From: an uncultured virus (IMG/VR IMGVR_UViG_3300047320_000352)
Lineage: Duplodnaviria; Heunggongvirae; Uroviricota; Caudoviricetes
Strand: one strand, 5' to 3'
Virus record (IMG/VR): IMGVR_UViG_3300047320_000352
DNA: 64,000 nt
Below are positions 1 through 8,884 of this stretch, in pieces. The notes beneath the pieces are model-generated. The model saw only the letters and a list, made by a program, of their open reading frames with translations. It was not told the origin of the DNA and searched no databases. Positions within the stretch are counted from its first letter, which is position 1, and each line of letters begins with the position of its first letter. The translations under genes were made by a program, and so were the position numbers.

Positions 1-52
1 ATGTGTGCGAGGGCGGGGTGCCCGGTTGTTTGCGTGCGCGGCGGGACGCCGG

Positions 53-58
53 CTATAC
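53..58 (+). promoter_or_regulatory. CTATAC upstream motif (first of 24 co-oriented copies; full list in findings)
   Basis: ggCTATACgg, 23 nt before the ATG at 82. Confidence 0.6.
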
Positions 59-81
59 GGGAAACCATTGTCGAGAAGAAC

Positions 82-195
82 ATGCCTTCGCCAAACATCA
101 CCTTCGTTCACGTTCCGAGCCTGGCCGCGCGGATTCTCGCCTGGCTGCTGGCGAGGGCGGCGTGGGCAGGCGACCCACTGCCGCGGCGCTATTGA
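82..195 (+). CDS. small hypothetical protein (37 aa)
   Basis: ATG preceded by GAGAAG and a CTATAC motif; MPSPNITF...PRRY. Confidence 0.4.
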   Translation: MPSPNITFVHVPSLAARILAWLLARAAWAGDPLPRRY

Positions 196-219
196 CGAAT
201 CATCAAGAAATAGTATACT
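192..219 (+). promoter_or_regulatory. sigma70-type promoter
   Basis: TTGACG-16 nt-TATACT upstream of the ORF at 262. Confidence 0.6.
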
Positions 220-261
220 AATAGCATCTACTATCTTCTGCAGCTCGCTTGCATCACTCGC

Positions 262-732
262 ATGACGACAATTTACATCGGCCCCTATCTGGTTATCCCG
301 CCTGCGCAGCTCACGAGCACCGCGCGCAAACGCGTCTGCTCGAATCATTGCGCCAAACCCGCAATCGAGCGGCCGGCGAAGTTCTGCTCGAACTGCGGCG
401 GCGCGGTTGTCGACGAGGCCGTAGTGTCGGAAGAGGTGAAGCCGCTGCCCATTACGAAGCTTGATGCTCGATGGGAAGACGTCATGTGGCGCCCGGAATA
501 CGGTCAGCGCCATCCGAAGGGAGACATCTGGTTGCCGAACCGCGGTCGAATCGGCACAACCTATGGCCACGGCTCCGAGGACAGTTACAAGCCCTTGGCG
601 CTCACGGATGTCGACAGCCACGCCATGCTCACGAAGGCGCAAAATCAGTACGACGCGTTTGTGACGGCGCTGCGACATGACTTCGGCATCGCGCCGTTCT
701 GGGAAGTCGGAGTCATCGCCTACGCAAACTGA
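262..732 (+). CDS. hypothetical protein with Cys-pair zinc-ribbon motif
   Basis: CSNHC...FCSNCG; typical codon usage. Confidence 0.75.
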   Translation: MTTIYIGPYLVIPPAQLTSTARKRVCSNHCAKPAIERPAKFCSNCGGAVVDEAVVSEEVKPLPITKLDARWEDVMWRPEYGQRHPKGDIWLPNRGRIGTTYGHGSEDSYKPLALTDVDSHAMLTKAQNQYDAFVTALRHDFGIAPFWEVGVIAYAN

Positions 733-841
733 CCCGGCGCGCGGGCGAGGCGCTCAAGCGGGCAGAGTTTGCGGACGAGCGCAGAGAGCCTCGAGAAATC
801 GGAGGCCCGGCTCAACACGACAAACACTCAAGGAACGGGAA

Positions 842-1264
842 TCACTTGGCCCTTCGCCATGGCCGCGCGAACAGCAAATCATAGAGTTCGAGGAGGGAGT
901 GCCGCCCCCACGGGCTGGCCACACGGATGACCATGATGATGAACGAGGCGAGCCATACCAGAAAAATGGTGACGAAGACCATTTGTATGGTCAGCGAGTA
1001 ATCCGCGAGAAAATATCGCATGCCGCCGACGTAGGCGCCCAGCGCAGTTGCTTCCAGGGTCGGAAGAGGCGTCCCTCTCGCTACTCCAGCGAACCAGCTG
1101 AACAGCAGTAAGCCGAGGACCGCTCCGACGGCCCAGGACGAGTGCGCGCCGGCCATTACCAGGTGCGTCGTGACGCCGAGGTCGCTCACGGATTGTGAGG
1201 TGTTCGCATAGCTCAATGCGGGAACAAGAAACAGGGCTAGCGCGGCGCTCACGATTGCGCGCAT
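842..1264 (-). CDS. membrane protein with signal peptide, paralog of 1249..1617
   Basis: MRAIVSAALALFLVPALSYA signal-like N-terminus; hydrophobic segments; GGAG RBS. Confidence 0.7.
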   Translation of the reverse strand: MRAIVSAALALFLVPALSYANTSQSVSDLGVTTHLVMAGAHSSWAVGAVLGLLLFSWFAGVARGTPLPTLEATALGAYVGGMRYFLADYSLTIQMVFVTIFLVWLASFIIMVIRVASPWGRHSLLELYDLLFARPWRRAK

Positions 1265-1617
1265 GTCGACTCCTTCGCCTTCTTCGTCCACATCTTCTTG
1301 AAATCTAAAATCAACTGGACGAACGAAGGTGCATTCCAGTCAATCCACTGGTTCGACGAGCAAGCGAAGCGAGCAACCATAACCAGGCACGATGTCGTCC
1401 AGCACAAAAGCAGAATCGCGCTCAGATACTGAATGTCCGGTGTTGTCGTCGCGAGCAAGGCAGGCAGTTTAAAAAGGGCACCAGCGAGCGCCAGGCATTC
1501 CAGGGCCGGTATCGCTGTTCCGGAAGCCACACCGATAAAGCTGCCTACAGGCGGCAGAAATCCCCAAAACCAGGGGCTGGTTGTCAGCGCAAAAAGCTGG
1601 GTCAGTACTGAATGCAT
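1249..1617 (-). CDS. membrane protein, paralog of 842..1264
   Basis: Starts MHSVLTQ; hydrophobic; GVASGTAIPALE matches GVARGTPLPTLE of the neighbour. Confidence 0.65.
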   Translation of the reverse strand: MHSVLTQLFALTTSPWFWGFLPPVGSFIGVASGTAIPALECLALAGALFKLPALLATTTPDIQYLSAILLLCWTTSCLVMVARFACSSNQWIDWNAPSFVQLILDFKKMWTKKAKESTCAQS

Positions 1618-1812
1618 GTCTTGTCCAACACAAGTTGAGGAGCGACCGGGCTCCGAAGCAGTGGTATAGCTCCGACAAGGAGTCATCTCGGCCGATGACT
1701 TGCGCACAGCGCCCTGAACGCTATACGGGTTGAGGCCATTACCGATAGCTGCGGCAAGCGCCGGGCCTTTTTAATCGAAAGAACGCGCGCCGCTCAACAC
1801 AGAGGAACCAAT

Positions 1813-2049
1813 ATGAAACCTGTCAGCAAGAAAGTCGAGGACCTGGTCCAAGGTGACCGTGTCGACCTCGAGTCGTGCCCTTTCCTGAAGCACGACCCGC
1901 TCGCTCCGTATGAGTATGGGCGCGTCGAGCAAGTCGAACTGGAAGACAACGGCAACTGCGTCGTCGTCTACTACGAAAACTTCACCGCCACCGGCTATCC
2001 GGCCGGCACCGAGCTCAACGTGGCAGTCGAAGAAGCGGAGGTAGCATGA
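1813..2049 (+). CDS. hypothetical acidic protein
   Basis: GAGG RBS; stop overlaps the NADAR start (ATGA). Confidence 0.75.
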   Translation: MKPVSKKVEDLVQGDRVDLESCPFLKHDPLAPYEYGRVEQVELEDNGNCVVVYYENFTATGYPAGTELNVAVEEAEVA

Positions 2050-2552
2050 AAACGACTTTCAAGATGGTGCTGTTTTATGGCAAGTCGGAGTGCTATTCGA
2101 ACTGGAACCCGACCGGTTTCTCGGTAAAGGGCATCCCGTTCGCCAACGGCGAGCAGTACATGATGTATTGCAAGGCGATGTTCTTCAAGGACACGGACAC
2201 GGCGAAGCTGATTCTGGCTGAACCGGACCCCGCCAATGTGAAGGCGCTCGGCCGCAAGGTGAAGGGCTACGTCGAAAAGGACTGGGCCGATAACCGGCTT
2301 CGATTCGTTCGTCGAGGTCTGCTCGAAAAGGCTCGCCAGAACCCGGAAATCGCGCGCCAGCTTCTGGCTACCGGTAACCGTATCCTGGTCGAAGCAAGCC
2401 CGAGCGACAAAATCTGGGGCATCGGCTTGGGCGAGACGGACCCGCTCGCGCTGGACCCGACGAAGTGGAAGGGTCAGAATCTTCTGGGTCAGGCCTGGAT
2501 GTGGGTTCGCGACCAGCTGCGTGCAGAACAACAGTTGCCGCTTGCCGCATAA
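2046..2552 (+). CDS. NADAR (YbiA/DUF1768) family N-glycosidase
   Basis: SNW, EQYMMYCKAMFFKD, KALGRKV and ILVEASPSDKIWGIG motifs. Confidence 0.92.
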   Translation: MKTTFKMVLFYGKSECYSNWNPTGFSVKGIPFANGEQYMMYCKAMFFKDTDTAKLILAEPDPANVKALGRKVKGYVEKDWADNRLRFVRRGLLEKARQNPEIARQLLATGNRILVEASPSDKIWGIGLGETDPLALDPTKWKGQNLLGQAWMWVRDQLRAEQQLPLAA

Positions 2553-2571
2553 AAATTTTGGAATCAAACTC

Positions 2572-2599
2572 AAACCGCGCATCATTGCGCGGTTTTTTT
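2572..2599 (+). terminator. Rho-independent terminator
   Basis: AAACCGCGCA/TGCGCGGTTT stem followed by a T-run. Confidence 0.85.
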
Positions 2600-2736
2600 C
2601 TGTGTAAGCGAGAAAGACGTAAGCAGAGTCGGCAGGCCGTTGTTAGCAGCGGCCTTTACAGTTCCGGTCCCAGGTGGAGTGCGTACGAATAGGACCCTTT
2701 CATAGTATAATTAGCCCCATTCAAAGGGAGATTTGG

Positions 2737-3108
2737 ATGTCGCTGACGGCGCGGGACCTGGAACTTCTGAACATGTCGACCATTGCTGAGCAGATGCCGC
2801 TTCAGTTCGACAACGGCTTTCGGTGGACCACACTCTCGTGCAACTGCTTTCGATGTGGCCAGGAGATGGTCGACGAACGCGTCAAAGGCATGCTGACCAA
2901 GCACACGCCGCACATGGCTGTGCTTGAAGCCATCGGAAACTGCCCGACGTGCGACCTGTACACGCGATTCCTCTATCGCCTCTACGATGACAAACGCATC
3001 ATGGGGCCACGCAACGGTAAATGGCAGACCTGGCAGGCTCGGCGCAACCCTCTTCACAAGCGGGTGTGGTACTCACTTCGACGTGCACTCAGCCGTGTTT
3101 CGCAGTAG
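2737..3108 (+). CDS. hypothetical zinc-binding protein
   Basis: CFRC and CPTC pairs; GGGAG RBS. Confidence 0.7.
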   Translation: MSLTARDLELLNMSTIAEQMPLQFDNGFRWTTLSCNCFRCGQEMVDERVKGMLTKHTPHMAVLEAIGNCPTCDLYTRFLYRLYDDKRIMGPRNGKWQTWQARRNPLHKRVWYSLRRALSRVSQ

Positions 3109-3126
3109 CCCGGCCGGCGGCGCGCT

Positions 3127-3438
3127 TCAGCGCTTGAACAGCGCAGCAGTGCTCGACGTCATCTTCCACGCAATACGCCCGCGCAGCGATGCCTGCTCCG
3201 TAATCGGAGGCAGCGCGTAGCGACATTCCCACAGCTCGATGCCTGCGAAACGCTTGAAGCGTGCGCGGCGCCATTCACAATACTCGTCAGGCGCGGGTAT
3301 CTCCGCCAGCTCGAGAGAGGTCAACGACACATGCGCAATGTCGCTCATGGACACCGGCTTCTTCGGGTCTAGCGGGAGGTTCTGGTTCAACCAGGGTATC
3401 AGGTCGGCTAGCAGCCGCTCAAGGGTGGGCGTAGGCAT
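3127..3438 (-). CDS. hypothetical protein
   Basis: ORF immediately downstream of 3469..4233. Confidence 0.6.
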   Translation of the reverse strand: MPTPTLERLLADLIPWLNQNLPLDPKKPVSMSDIAHVSLTSLELAEIPAPDEYCEWRRARFKRFAGIELWECRYALPPITEQASLRGRIAWKMTSSTAALFKR

Positions 3439-3468
3439 TTCGAATCTCTTATCAAGCTCGACAGTTCA

Positions 3469-4233
3469 TTATGCGGCGGGCGGCGCGGGCAACAGCATGG
3501 CGCCGCCGTTTGCGATGGCGGCGAGCATCCGATGCTCGTCGTGGGCGAATTCCTGGATACGGCGCGATAGCTCCGCCATGCCGAGCAGCAGTCGATGGAA
3601 GAACAGGGCGGCTTCGGGCGTGTAGGGCATCTCCGAGCACTCTTCTTCGTCCGGCAGCGAGAACGCCGCCCACGACTGCAGCAGATACAGCGGGGCTGTG
3701 CGCTCGCCCTCCGCGCCGACGCGTTCGTATTTGACGGTAACGGTATTCCCGCGCTTGAGTGTCGTTTTGTCGACCACGCGCGCGCCGATAACAAGCGAGT
3801 AGCCGTCTTGGGACGGTTTCCCAGCGTGGTGCTCGCCATACCACTCATTGGACGCCCAGCTGGCGTCCGGCCACGACGCATTCGGAACGATGGTCCCGTC
3901 CGGCGTCTGTGCGAACGAGACGTGCGAGCCGAGGTGATAGAGGATGACCCGTTCAACGGCTACCTCGGGCGTCAATGCCTGAAGGTACGCCTGCTGAAGC
4001 GCATCGCGAAGGGTGGCCAGCACCGGCCCGCGCAGATGCGTATGTCCCCGTACGCTAACGTTCGCAATGGTCCTTCCATCAAAGCGGGTCGCGCGCACGA
4101 CTTCGAGCAGCTCTTCCGGCACCCGCACCTGGAACACGCCTGCATCGTCGACACTCGTGACGCACTTCAGCTCGAGCCGCTCGTCGGTGGCGGGGTCCTT
4201 GATGACAATCCTGGTATCTTGAATCTTGGCCAC
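3469..4233 (-). CDS. hypothetical protein
   Basis: 254-aa ORF; GGGAG RBS; TGGTATAAT on the minus strand at 4270-4278. Confidence 0.75.
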   Translation of the reverse strand: MAKIQDTRIVIKDPATDERLELKCVTSVDDAGVFQVRVPEELLEVVRATRFDGRTIANVSVRGHTHLRGPVLATLRDALQQAYLQALTPEVAVERVILYHLGSHVSFAQTPDGTIVPNASWPDASWASNEWYGEHHAGKPSQDGYSLVIGARVVDKTTLKRGNTVTVKYERVGAEGERTAPLYLLQSWAAFSLPDEEECSEMPYTPEAALFFHRLLLGMAELSRRIQEFAHDEHRMLAAIANGGAMLLPAPPAA

Positions 4234-4269
4234 AGCGGGCTCCCTATTTGAACCTAAATGGTTTGCTTT

Positions 4270-4330
4270 ATTATACCAAATAATGATGATTATGCCGATG
4301 ATTACTTAATCTATTTTTAAATGGTATACT
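4270..4330. promoter_or_regulatory. divergent extended -10 promoters
   Basis: TGGTATAAT (minus, 4270-4278) and TGGTATACT (plus, 4322-4330) in an AT-rich gap. Confidence 0.65.
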
Positions 4331-4389
4331 GCGCGCAGTCAGTGGCCAAGCCGCGCGTTGTGCAACCTTCCTTCACTGGAGAACGGAAA

Positions 4390-5379
4390 ATGAAAGTGCT
4401 CATCGTGGCCGAGAAGCCCGCTATTGCCCGCGCCATCGCGCCGTTTGCGAAAAAGCAATGGCCGGACGCCCACATTACCTTCGTACACGCCGTGCCCTAC
4501 GGCAACATCAAATTCAGTTACCCGCGCGGGCTGAAGTCGCAAGATTTCCCCTACCTGGCTGAGCCAAAAGACTGCCTGCAATCCTGGGGCGATTGGTCCT
4601 GCAAGCCGGTAGTCTATGGGGCCATAGGTCTGTTTGTTCCGACGGAAATGCGCGAAGAGCTCTTTACTTCCGCAGACATCATCGTATCCGCCTGCGACCC
4701 GGACCCTACTGGAGCGAGCGCCTTTGCGGTGCTGCTGGAGCAGGTGTTTGGCGATGACCGCTTTCTGGCGTGCCCCGCGCTATCGCTCTACGGTCTGGAC
4801 AATGAGTCCATCGTAAGGGCATTCGCACGGATGGCTCCGTTTGGTGAGCTCTGCGCCAGGAGCCTCGAGGCCGGGCGCTTAAAACGCTACTTTGACTGGA
4901 ACTGGAACGTGAACAGCCTCGCCATTCTGGGCGAGACGCAGCGCCGTGCCGGCGTGCCGGCTGACGCACCGCCGCTGTCGAAATATGCGTTGCAGCTGCT
5001 GTACGGTCTGCGCAACCAACAGCCGATGACGGATGGCAAAGTCATTTCCCTGATGCAGCGCTGGCCGGGCACAGGTCGCTACCAGGTGCCGCTTGGCGAG
5101 TGGCGCGCGCAGCTCGGAAGTGCGGCATCGCGGTCGCCGATTCTGGATAACCTCGTCTCAGCAGGGCACCTCGCGCGCACAGAAGTGGATGGCAAGCAGG
5201 GAGTGCTTGTTTCAGCGCGCGGCCGGACATTGCTCGAGCTGTTGCATCCGGATTGCGAGGACCCTGACCTGCCGTTCCGGCTGCACGCCTGGTGCGAGAA
5301 GGGCGCAGCATCAAAACCGGCCATCGACGGTTACATCAAGACATTTTTCGGAAAGCAGACGCGCTTCATGGCGCGTTAA
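4390..5379 (+). CDS. type IA topoisomerase-like protein (TOPRIM plus partial core, internally deleted)
   Basis: MKVLIVAEKPAIARAIA, ACDPDPTG and LGSAASRSPILDNL motifs; only 329 aa. Confidence 0.75.
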   Translation: MKVLIVAEKPAIARAIAPFAKKQWPDAHITFVHAVPYGNIKFSYPRGLKSQDFPYLAEPKDCLQSWGDWSCKPVVYGAIGLFVPTEMREELFTSADIIVSACDPDPTGASAFAVLLEQVFGDDRFLACPALSLYGLDNESIVRAFARMAPFGELCARSLEAGRLKRYFDWNWNVNSLAILGETQRRAGVPADAPPLSKYALQLLYGLRNQQPMTDGKVISLMQRWPGTGRYQVPLGEWRAQLGSAASRSPILDNLVSAGHLARTEVDGKQGVLVSARGRTLLELLHPDCEDPDLPFRLHAWCEKGAASKPAIDGYIKTFFGKQTRFMAR

Positions 5380-5397
5380 TTCCGGAGGAACAGCACT

Positions 5398-6135
5398 ATG
5401 ACGCGCGACAACACCAACGGCCCGCGGCTCATCGTCATCTCTGGCGCGGGGCTCTCCGCCGAAAGCGGTCTCGCCACCTTCCGCGATGCGGGCGGCATCT
5501 GGACACAGTTCAACCTCGAAGAGGTCTGCAACTATCGCGTCTGGAGACGGAACCGCACGAAGGTGTTCGACTTCTACGCGAAACGCAAGGCGGAGGTGCT
5601 GGCCGCGCAGCCCAATGAGGCACACCGGTGCCTCGCGCACTGGCAATCCCAGTGGGGTGTATCGCGCGTACGGCTGTTGACCCAGAACGTCGACGACCTG
5701 CTCGAGCGCGCCGGCGCGAAGGGTGTCACCCACCTGCACGGCGAGCTCACCACGATGCTGTGCGACAACTGCTATCGCAAGTTCGACATCGGGCAGGCGC
5801 CTATCGACCCGACCGTTCCGTGTCCGCGGTGCGGTGACGTCGACCCGGTCAAGCCGGGCGTGGTGTTCTTTGGCGAAACGAGCCCGGGCTATCACATCCT
5901 GGACGAAGAGATGGAGCGGCTGCGCGCCGAAGACATTCTGCTGGTCATCGGCACCTCTATGCGCGTCATCCCCGCCGACATGCTCATTCCGTCGTGGCGT
6001 GCCGGCGACGACCGAGTCTGGCAGGTCAATCCTGAACTCGTCGACCAGCGCTACTTCGGCCGCAACGTGCGCGCGACGGCGAGCGAGGGCCTGGCGCAGC
6101 TCGAGCCGCTGCTCGTGCAATTGATGGGCGACTGA
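5398..6135 (+). CDS. cobB: Sir2/CobB-family NAD-dependent deacylase
   Basis: GAGLSAESGLATFRD, TQNVDDLLERAG, HLHG, two CxxC pairs, KPGVVFFGE. Confidence 0.93.
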   Translation: MTRDNTNGPRLIVISGAGLSAESGLATFRDAGGIWTQFNLEEVCNYRVWRRNRTKVFDFYAKRKAEVLAAQPNEAHRCLAHWQSQWGVSRVRLLTQNVDDLLERAGAKGVTHLHGELTTMLCDNCYRKFDIGQAPIDPTVPCPRCGDVDPVKPGVVFFGETSPGYHILDEEMERLRAEDILLVIGTSMRVIPADMLIPSWRAGDDRVWQVNPELVDQRYFGRNVRATASEGLAQLEPLLVQLMGD

Positions 6136-6243
6136 CCGTTGCTTCGCGTAAGAGGCGCAAATGTGCCCCTTGTCGTCGAAAAACGGACACAAGCGCCCCA
6201 AATGTGCCACTTATGCGCCAGGCATCAAGTCGGCCGGAGCCGC

Positions 6244-6270
6244 AAAAAAAGCCCTGCAAGATGCAGGGCT
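6244..6270 (-). terminator. Rho-independent terminator
   Basis: A7 followed by AGCCCTGCA/TGCAGGGCT stem, downstream of 6287..7285. Confidence 0.8.
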
Positions 6271-6286
6271 CATGAGTTGCGGTAAA

Positions 6287-7285
6287 TCAGACCTCGAAGG
6301 CGGCGCGCAACAGGACGCGTTTGCGCTCCTTCTCGGCAGCGTATTTCCTGTCCTCTTCAGGGTCCGAAAAGTTCAGCCCATCAAGCATCTCCAGAACGGC
6401 CGCGCTTCCTTCAGCCTTTCGTAGCGCCTTCTCCTCGTCGGAGAGTGCTTCGAATGCCGCCATTTGCGCGAGGTGTTCCTGAAACTGCGCTGGTGTTGCG
6501 ACAGGAGGTGCTACCTCGACGGCGACCTTAAGGAACGGGTTTTCAGTTGTAACGACCCGCTCGTAAAGCACCTCGGGCACCTGCAGCTGAGGAAACGCCG
6601 CGTTCAGGTCCTGTACCACCTTGTGGGTGTTGAGGAACTCGGCGATACCCAGGAAGTGGGCGTACACCGCGCCAACGAGCGAATACGAAGCTCTGCGCCC
6701 GTAGTTCTTCTCTTCGCAGATGACGTAGGGCAGTGCGATGCGTCCGGGAAAATCCGCGGACCGCGCGCCCTGCACATTGACACCCTTGAAAAGTTCCTGG
6801 TCCGGCCGCGGGTCATACTCGTCCTGCCCGTCGAAGGCCTTGTAACCGATTTCCATCTCGGCCCAGCCAAGGGGTCGAGCGGACGAAAGGTCTGGGTACT
6901 GCCGGTCGCAAAGTCTGAGCTCCAGATTTCTCACACGGGTTTCGAAGTCCCAGCGCGTCCCGTTAAGCGACCTGCCGACGTCACTCAAGTCACGTGCCTC
7001 GCCGGAGATGCTGTCGAGGAGCGTGTACAGCGCGTCGTACAGGTCGGCGTAAATCATCGGGCCATATGTCTGGCGCAACAACGTTTTGCGCTCCTTCTTC
7101 AGGGCATGCGCGGCTTCCCACAGCGAATGTGACTCGAACCAGCTGCGCGCAGCCTTCATCGCCGCAACGCGGATTTCCGTGAAAAGGGCATCCAGGTTAG
7201 CGATGGGCGTCCACTTCTGGCCAATGAAATCGGCCAGAAGGGTCACTTCTTCGTCGAGATTGATGTCTGCAGTCAGGGTCTTCAT
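6287..7285 (-). CDS. hypothetical protein
   Basis: 332-aa ORF; GAGG RBS; CTATAC motif 34 nt upstream. Confidence 0.8.
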   Translation of the reverse strand: MKTLTADINLDEEVTLLADFIGQKWTPIANLDALFTEIRVAAMKAARSWFESHSLWEAAHALKKERKTLLRQTYGPMIYADLYDALYTLLDSISGEARDLSDVGRSLNGTRWDFETRVRNLELRLCDRQYPDLSSARPLGWAEMEIGYKAFDGQDEYDPRPDQELFKGVNVQGARSADFPGRIALPYVICEEKNYGRRASYSLVGAVYAHFLGIAEFLNTHKVVQDLNAAFPQLQVPEVLYERVVTTENPFLKVAVEVAPPVATPAQFQEHLAQMAAFEALSDEEKALRKAEGSAAVLEMLDGLNFSDPEEDRKYAAEKERKRVLLRAAFEV

Positions 7286-7374
7286 GGTTTGGCCTCAGGA
7301 TGTAGATTAAACACATCCCGTATAGGACGGCCGCGGCCTGGCCTGCCTGAGCCTGCTTCGAGGATGATGCCTCG

Positions 7375-8121
7375 CTACTCGGGCATTGTATCCGCGCGGG
7401 CGATTACACCCTGGCAACCGGGGATTGTATGCAGGTTTCCCAGCCCAATCCAGCTGAAGGCCTTGTCCGGATGTTTGGATTCGAGCAGCCGCACATTCGC
7501 CGTCGGACCCACGGGCCCGTGGAAAAGCTCCGTGATGACGGCGGGCGCCGGCGCCAGGTCTTCGCGACCGCGGTAGATGACATTCACTCGCTGGTCGACG
7601 CTGAAGCCACCCAAGGTGCGAAAAAGCGGCGTGCCATTCGGATGGTGGCCGACAATCTCCGGTCCGGGTACGAGGCGGCGAAGGAATGCACCCAGCTGCT
7701 GGCGCTGGTAACCAATGCCGCCGGACGTTTCCAACACATTCACGGTGCTTGCAAGTCGCCCACGCTCGAGCTGGCGCTGTACCGCGGCGCGCATCACGCG
7801 CCGATATTCCAGCCCACCCGCGAGGAGCACCTTACTCGCGCCAGGGGGAATCGGGCCATGCATGAATGCGTCGAGCTTCGCGAGCATCTCGTTGGCGCGC
7901 TCGGGCGTCAGGCGTTGCTCATAGGGCTCGATGACTGCATTGCCCGGAATGAACCCATGCTGCGCCGAAAGAATGACGACATGAGGACGCGCCTCGCGCT
8001 TCACATTCGCGCGAAAGGTGCTGTACATGACGCCCTGGTACAGGTCGAGGGCGGGCGCAGCGTGCGCCTGCTTGGTCGCCGAACACGCCATGATGACGAC
8101 AGCCGAAGAGTCTCGTTCCAT
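7375..8121 (-). CDS. DUF6884-like protein with extra C-terminal domain
   Basis: IMACSATK, ALDLYQG, ILSAQHGFI and IEPYEQRL motifs. Confidence 0.7.
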   Translation of the reverse strand: MERDSSAVVIMACSATKQAHAAPALDLYQGVMYSTFRANVKREARPHVVILSAQHGFIPGNAVIEPYEQRLTPERANEMLAKLDAFMHGPIPPGASKVLLAGGLEYRRVMRAAVQRQLERGRLASTVNVLETSGGIGYQRQQLGAFLRRLVPGPEIVGHHPNGTPLFRTLGGFSVDQRVNVIYRGREDLAPAPAVITELFHGPVGPTANVRLLESKHPDKAFSWIGLGNLHTIPGCQGVIARADTMPE

Positions 8122-8154
8122 GTGCGAAGTATGAGTTTGGACTTGGATTGCCGG

Positions 8155-8751
8155 CTACGCGTGCGTGAGCCGGAACGTGAGGTTGATGCGCGGCCGCGCG
8201 CCGGGCTGCTTGGTAATCCCGTGGCGCCACTCTTCCTGAGTCGCACCCTTCATCACGAGAAGCGAGCCGCCGCGCAAGTCGTACGCCAGCTTCGTCCTGG
8301 TCGCCATGTGCTCCATGTCAAACGCACGCCCGGCACCCAGGGAAACCGACGCGATGACAGGATGCTTGCCGAGCTGGGTTTCCTTATCCGCATGCATGCC
8401 GATAGAGTCGTTTCCGTCACGGTAGTAGTTCATCAGGACACTGTTGAATCGGGCGGCCAGTCCCTGGCCAGCCAGAACACGCTCGACCTTTTCCTGGAGT
8501 GCGCGCAGCTCCTGTGGCATCGGACAGGCAGGGTGATAGAGGCCCGAATAGCGGTAATCGACCTCGCCGAACCACGCGAGCAGGCGCGGAATCTGAACCT
8601 GGCGTTCCTGCCAGAAGAGGGACTTCTGCTGCCAGTCAATCTGGTCGCGGCAGAAGTCGAACAGCGACTGGTGTTCGTCCGGTGACAGGAACTCGGGCAA
8701 CCACAGCACATCCGGTCGAGGCAGCGCCAGCTCAGGGAAAAGGGAATCCAT
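8155..8751 (-). CDS. alkB: AlkB-family 2OG-Fe(II) dioxygenase (ALKBH2/3-like)
   Basis: NSVLMNYYRDGNDSIGMHAD, IASVSLG, WRHGI and RINLTFR motifs. Confidence 0.92.
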   Translation of the reverse strand: MDSLFPELALPRPDVLWLPEFLSPDEHQSLFDFCRDQIDWQQKSLFWQERQVQIPRLLAWFGEVDYRYSGLYHPACPMPQELRALQEKVERVLAGQGLAARFNSVLMNYYRDGNDSIGMHADKETQLGKHPVIASVSLGAGRAFDMEHMATRTKLAYDLRGGSLLVMKGATQEEWRHGITKQPGARPRINLTFRLTHA

Positions 8752-8774
8752 GTGAAGCTCCATGTATATGACAA

Positions 8775-8856
8775 ATTATACCAAAAATAGCCCGTATTCT
8801 CAAGTTAACTTTGCCGATAGCCCCCGGTTGGAATAAACGTATTTTAATGGTATACT
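8775..8856. promoter_or_regulatory. divergent sigma70-type promoters (alkB / RNA ligase)
   Basis: Minus: TTGAGA-17-TATAAT (8803-8775). Plus: TTGGAA-17-TATACT (8828-8856). Both have the TG extension. Confidence 0.7.
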
Positions 8857-8884
8857 TGCGGCATCTCAAAAACGCAATATCACC

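Noticed and set aside
5398..6135. Sir2 as an anti-phage NADase (ThsA/DSR type)
   Set aside because: It has the zinc-binding CxxC pairs and the size of a classical CobB deacylase, with no fused effector or sensor domain.
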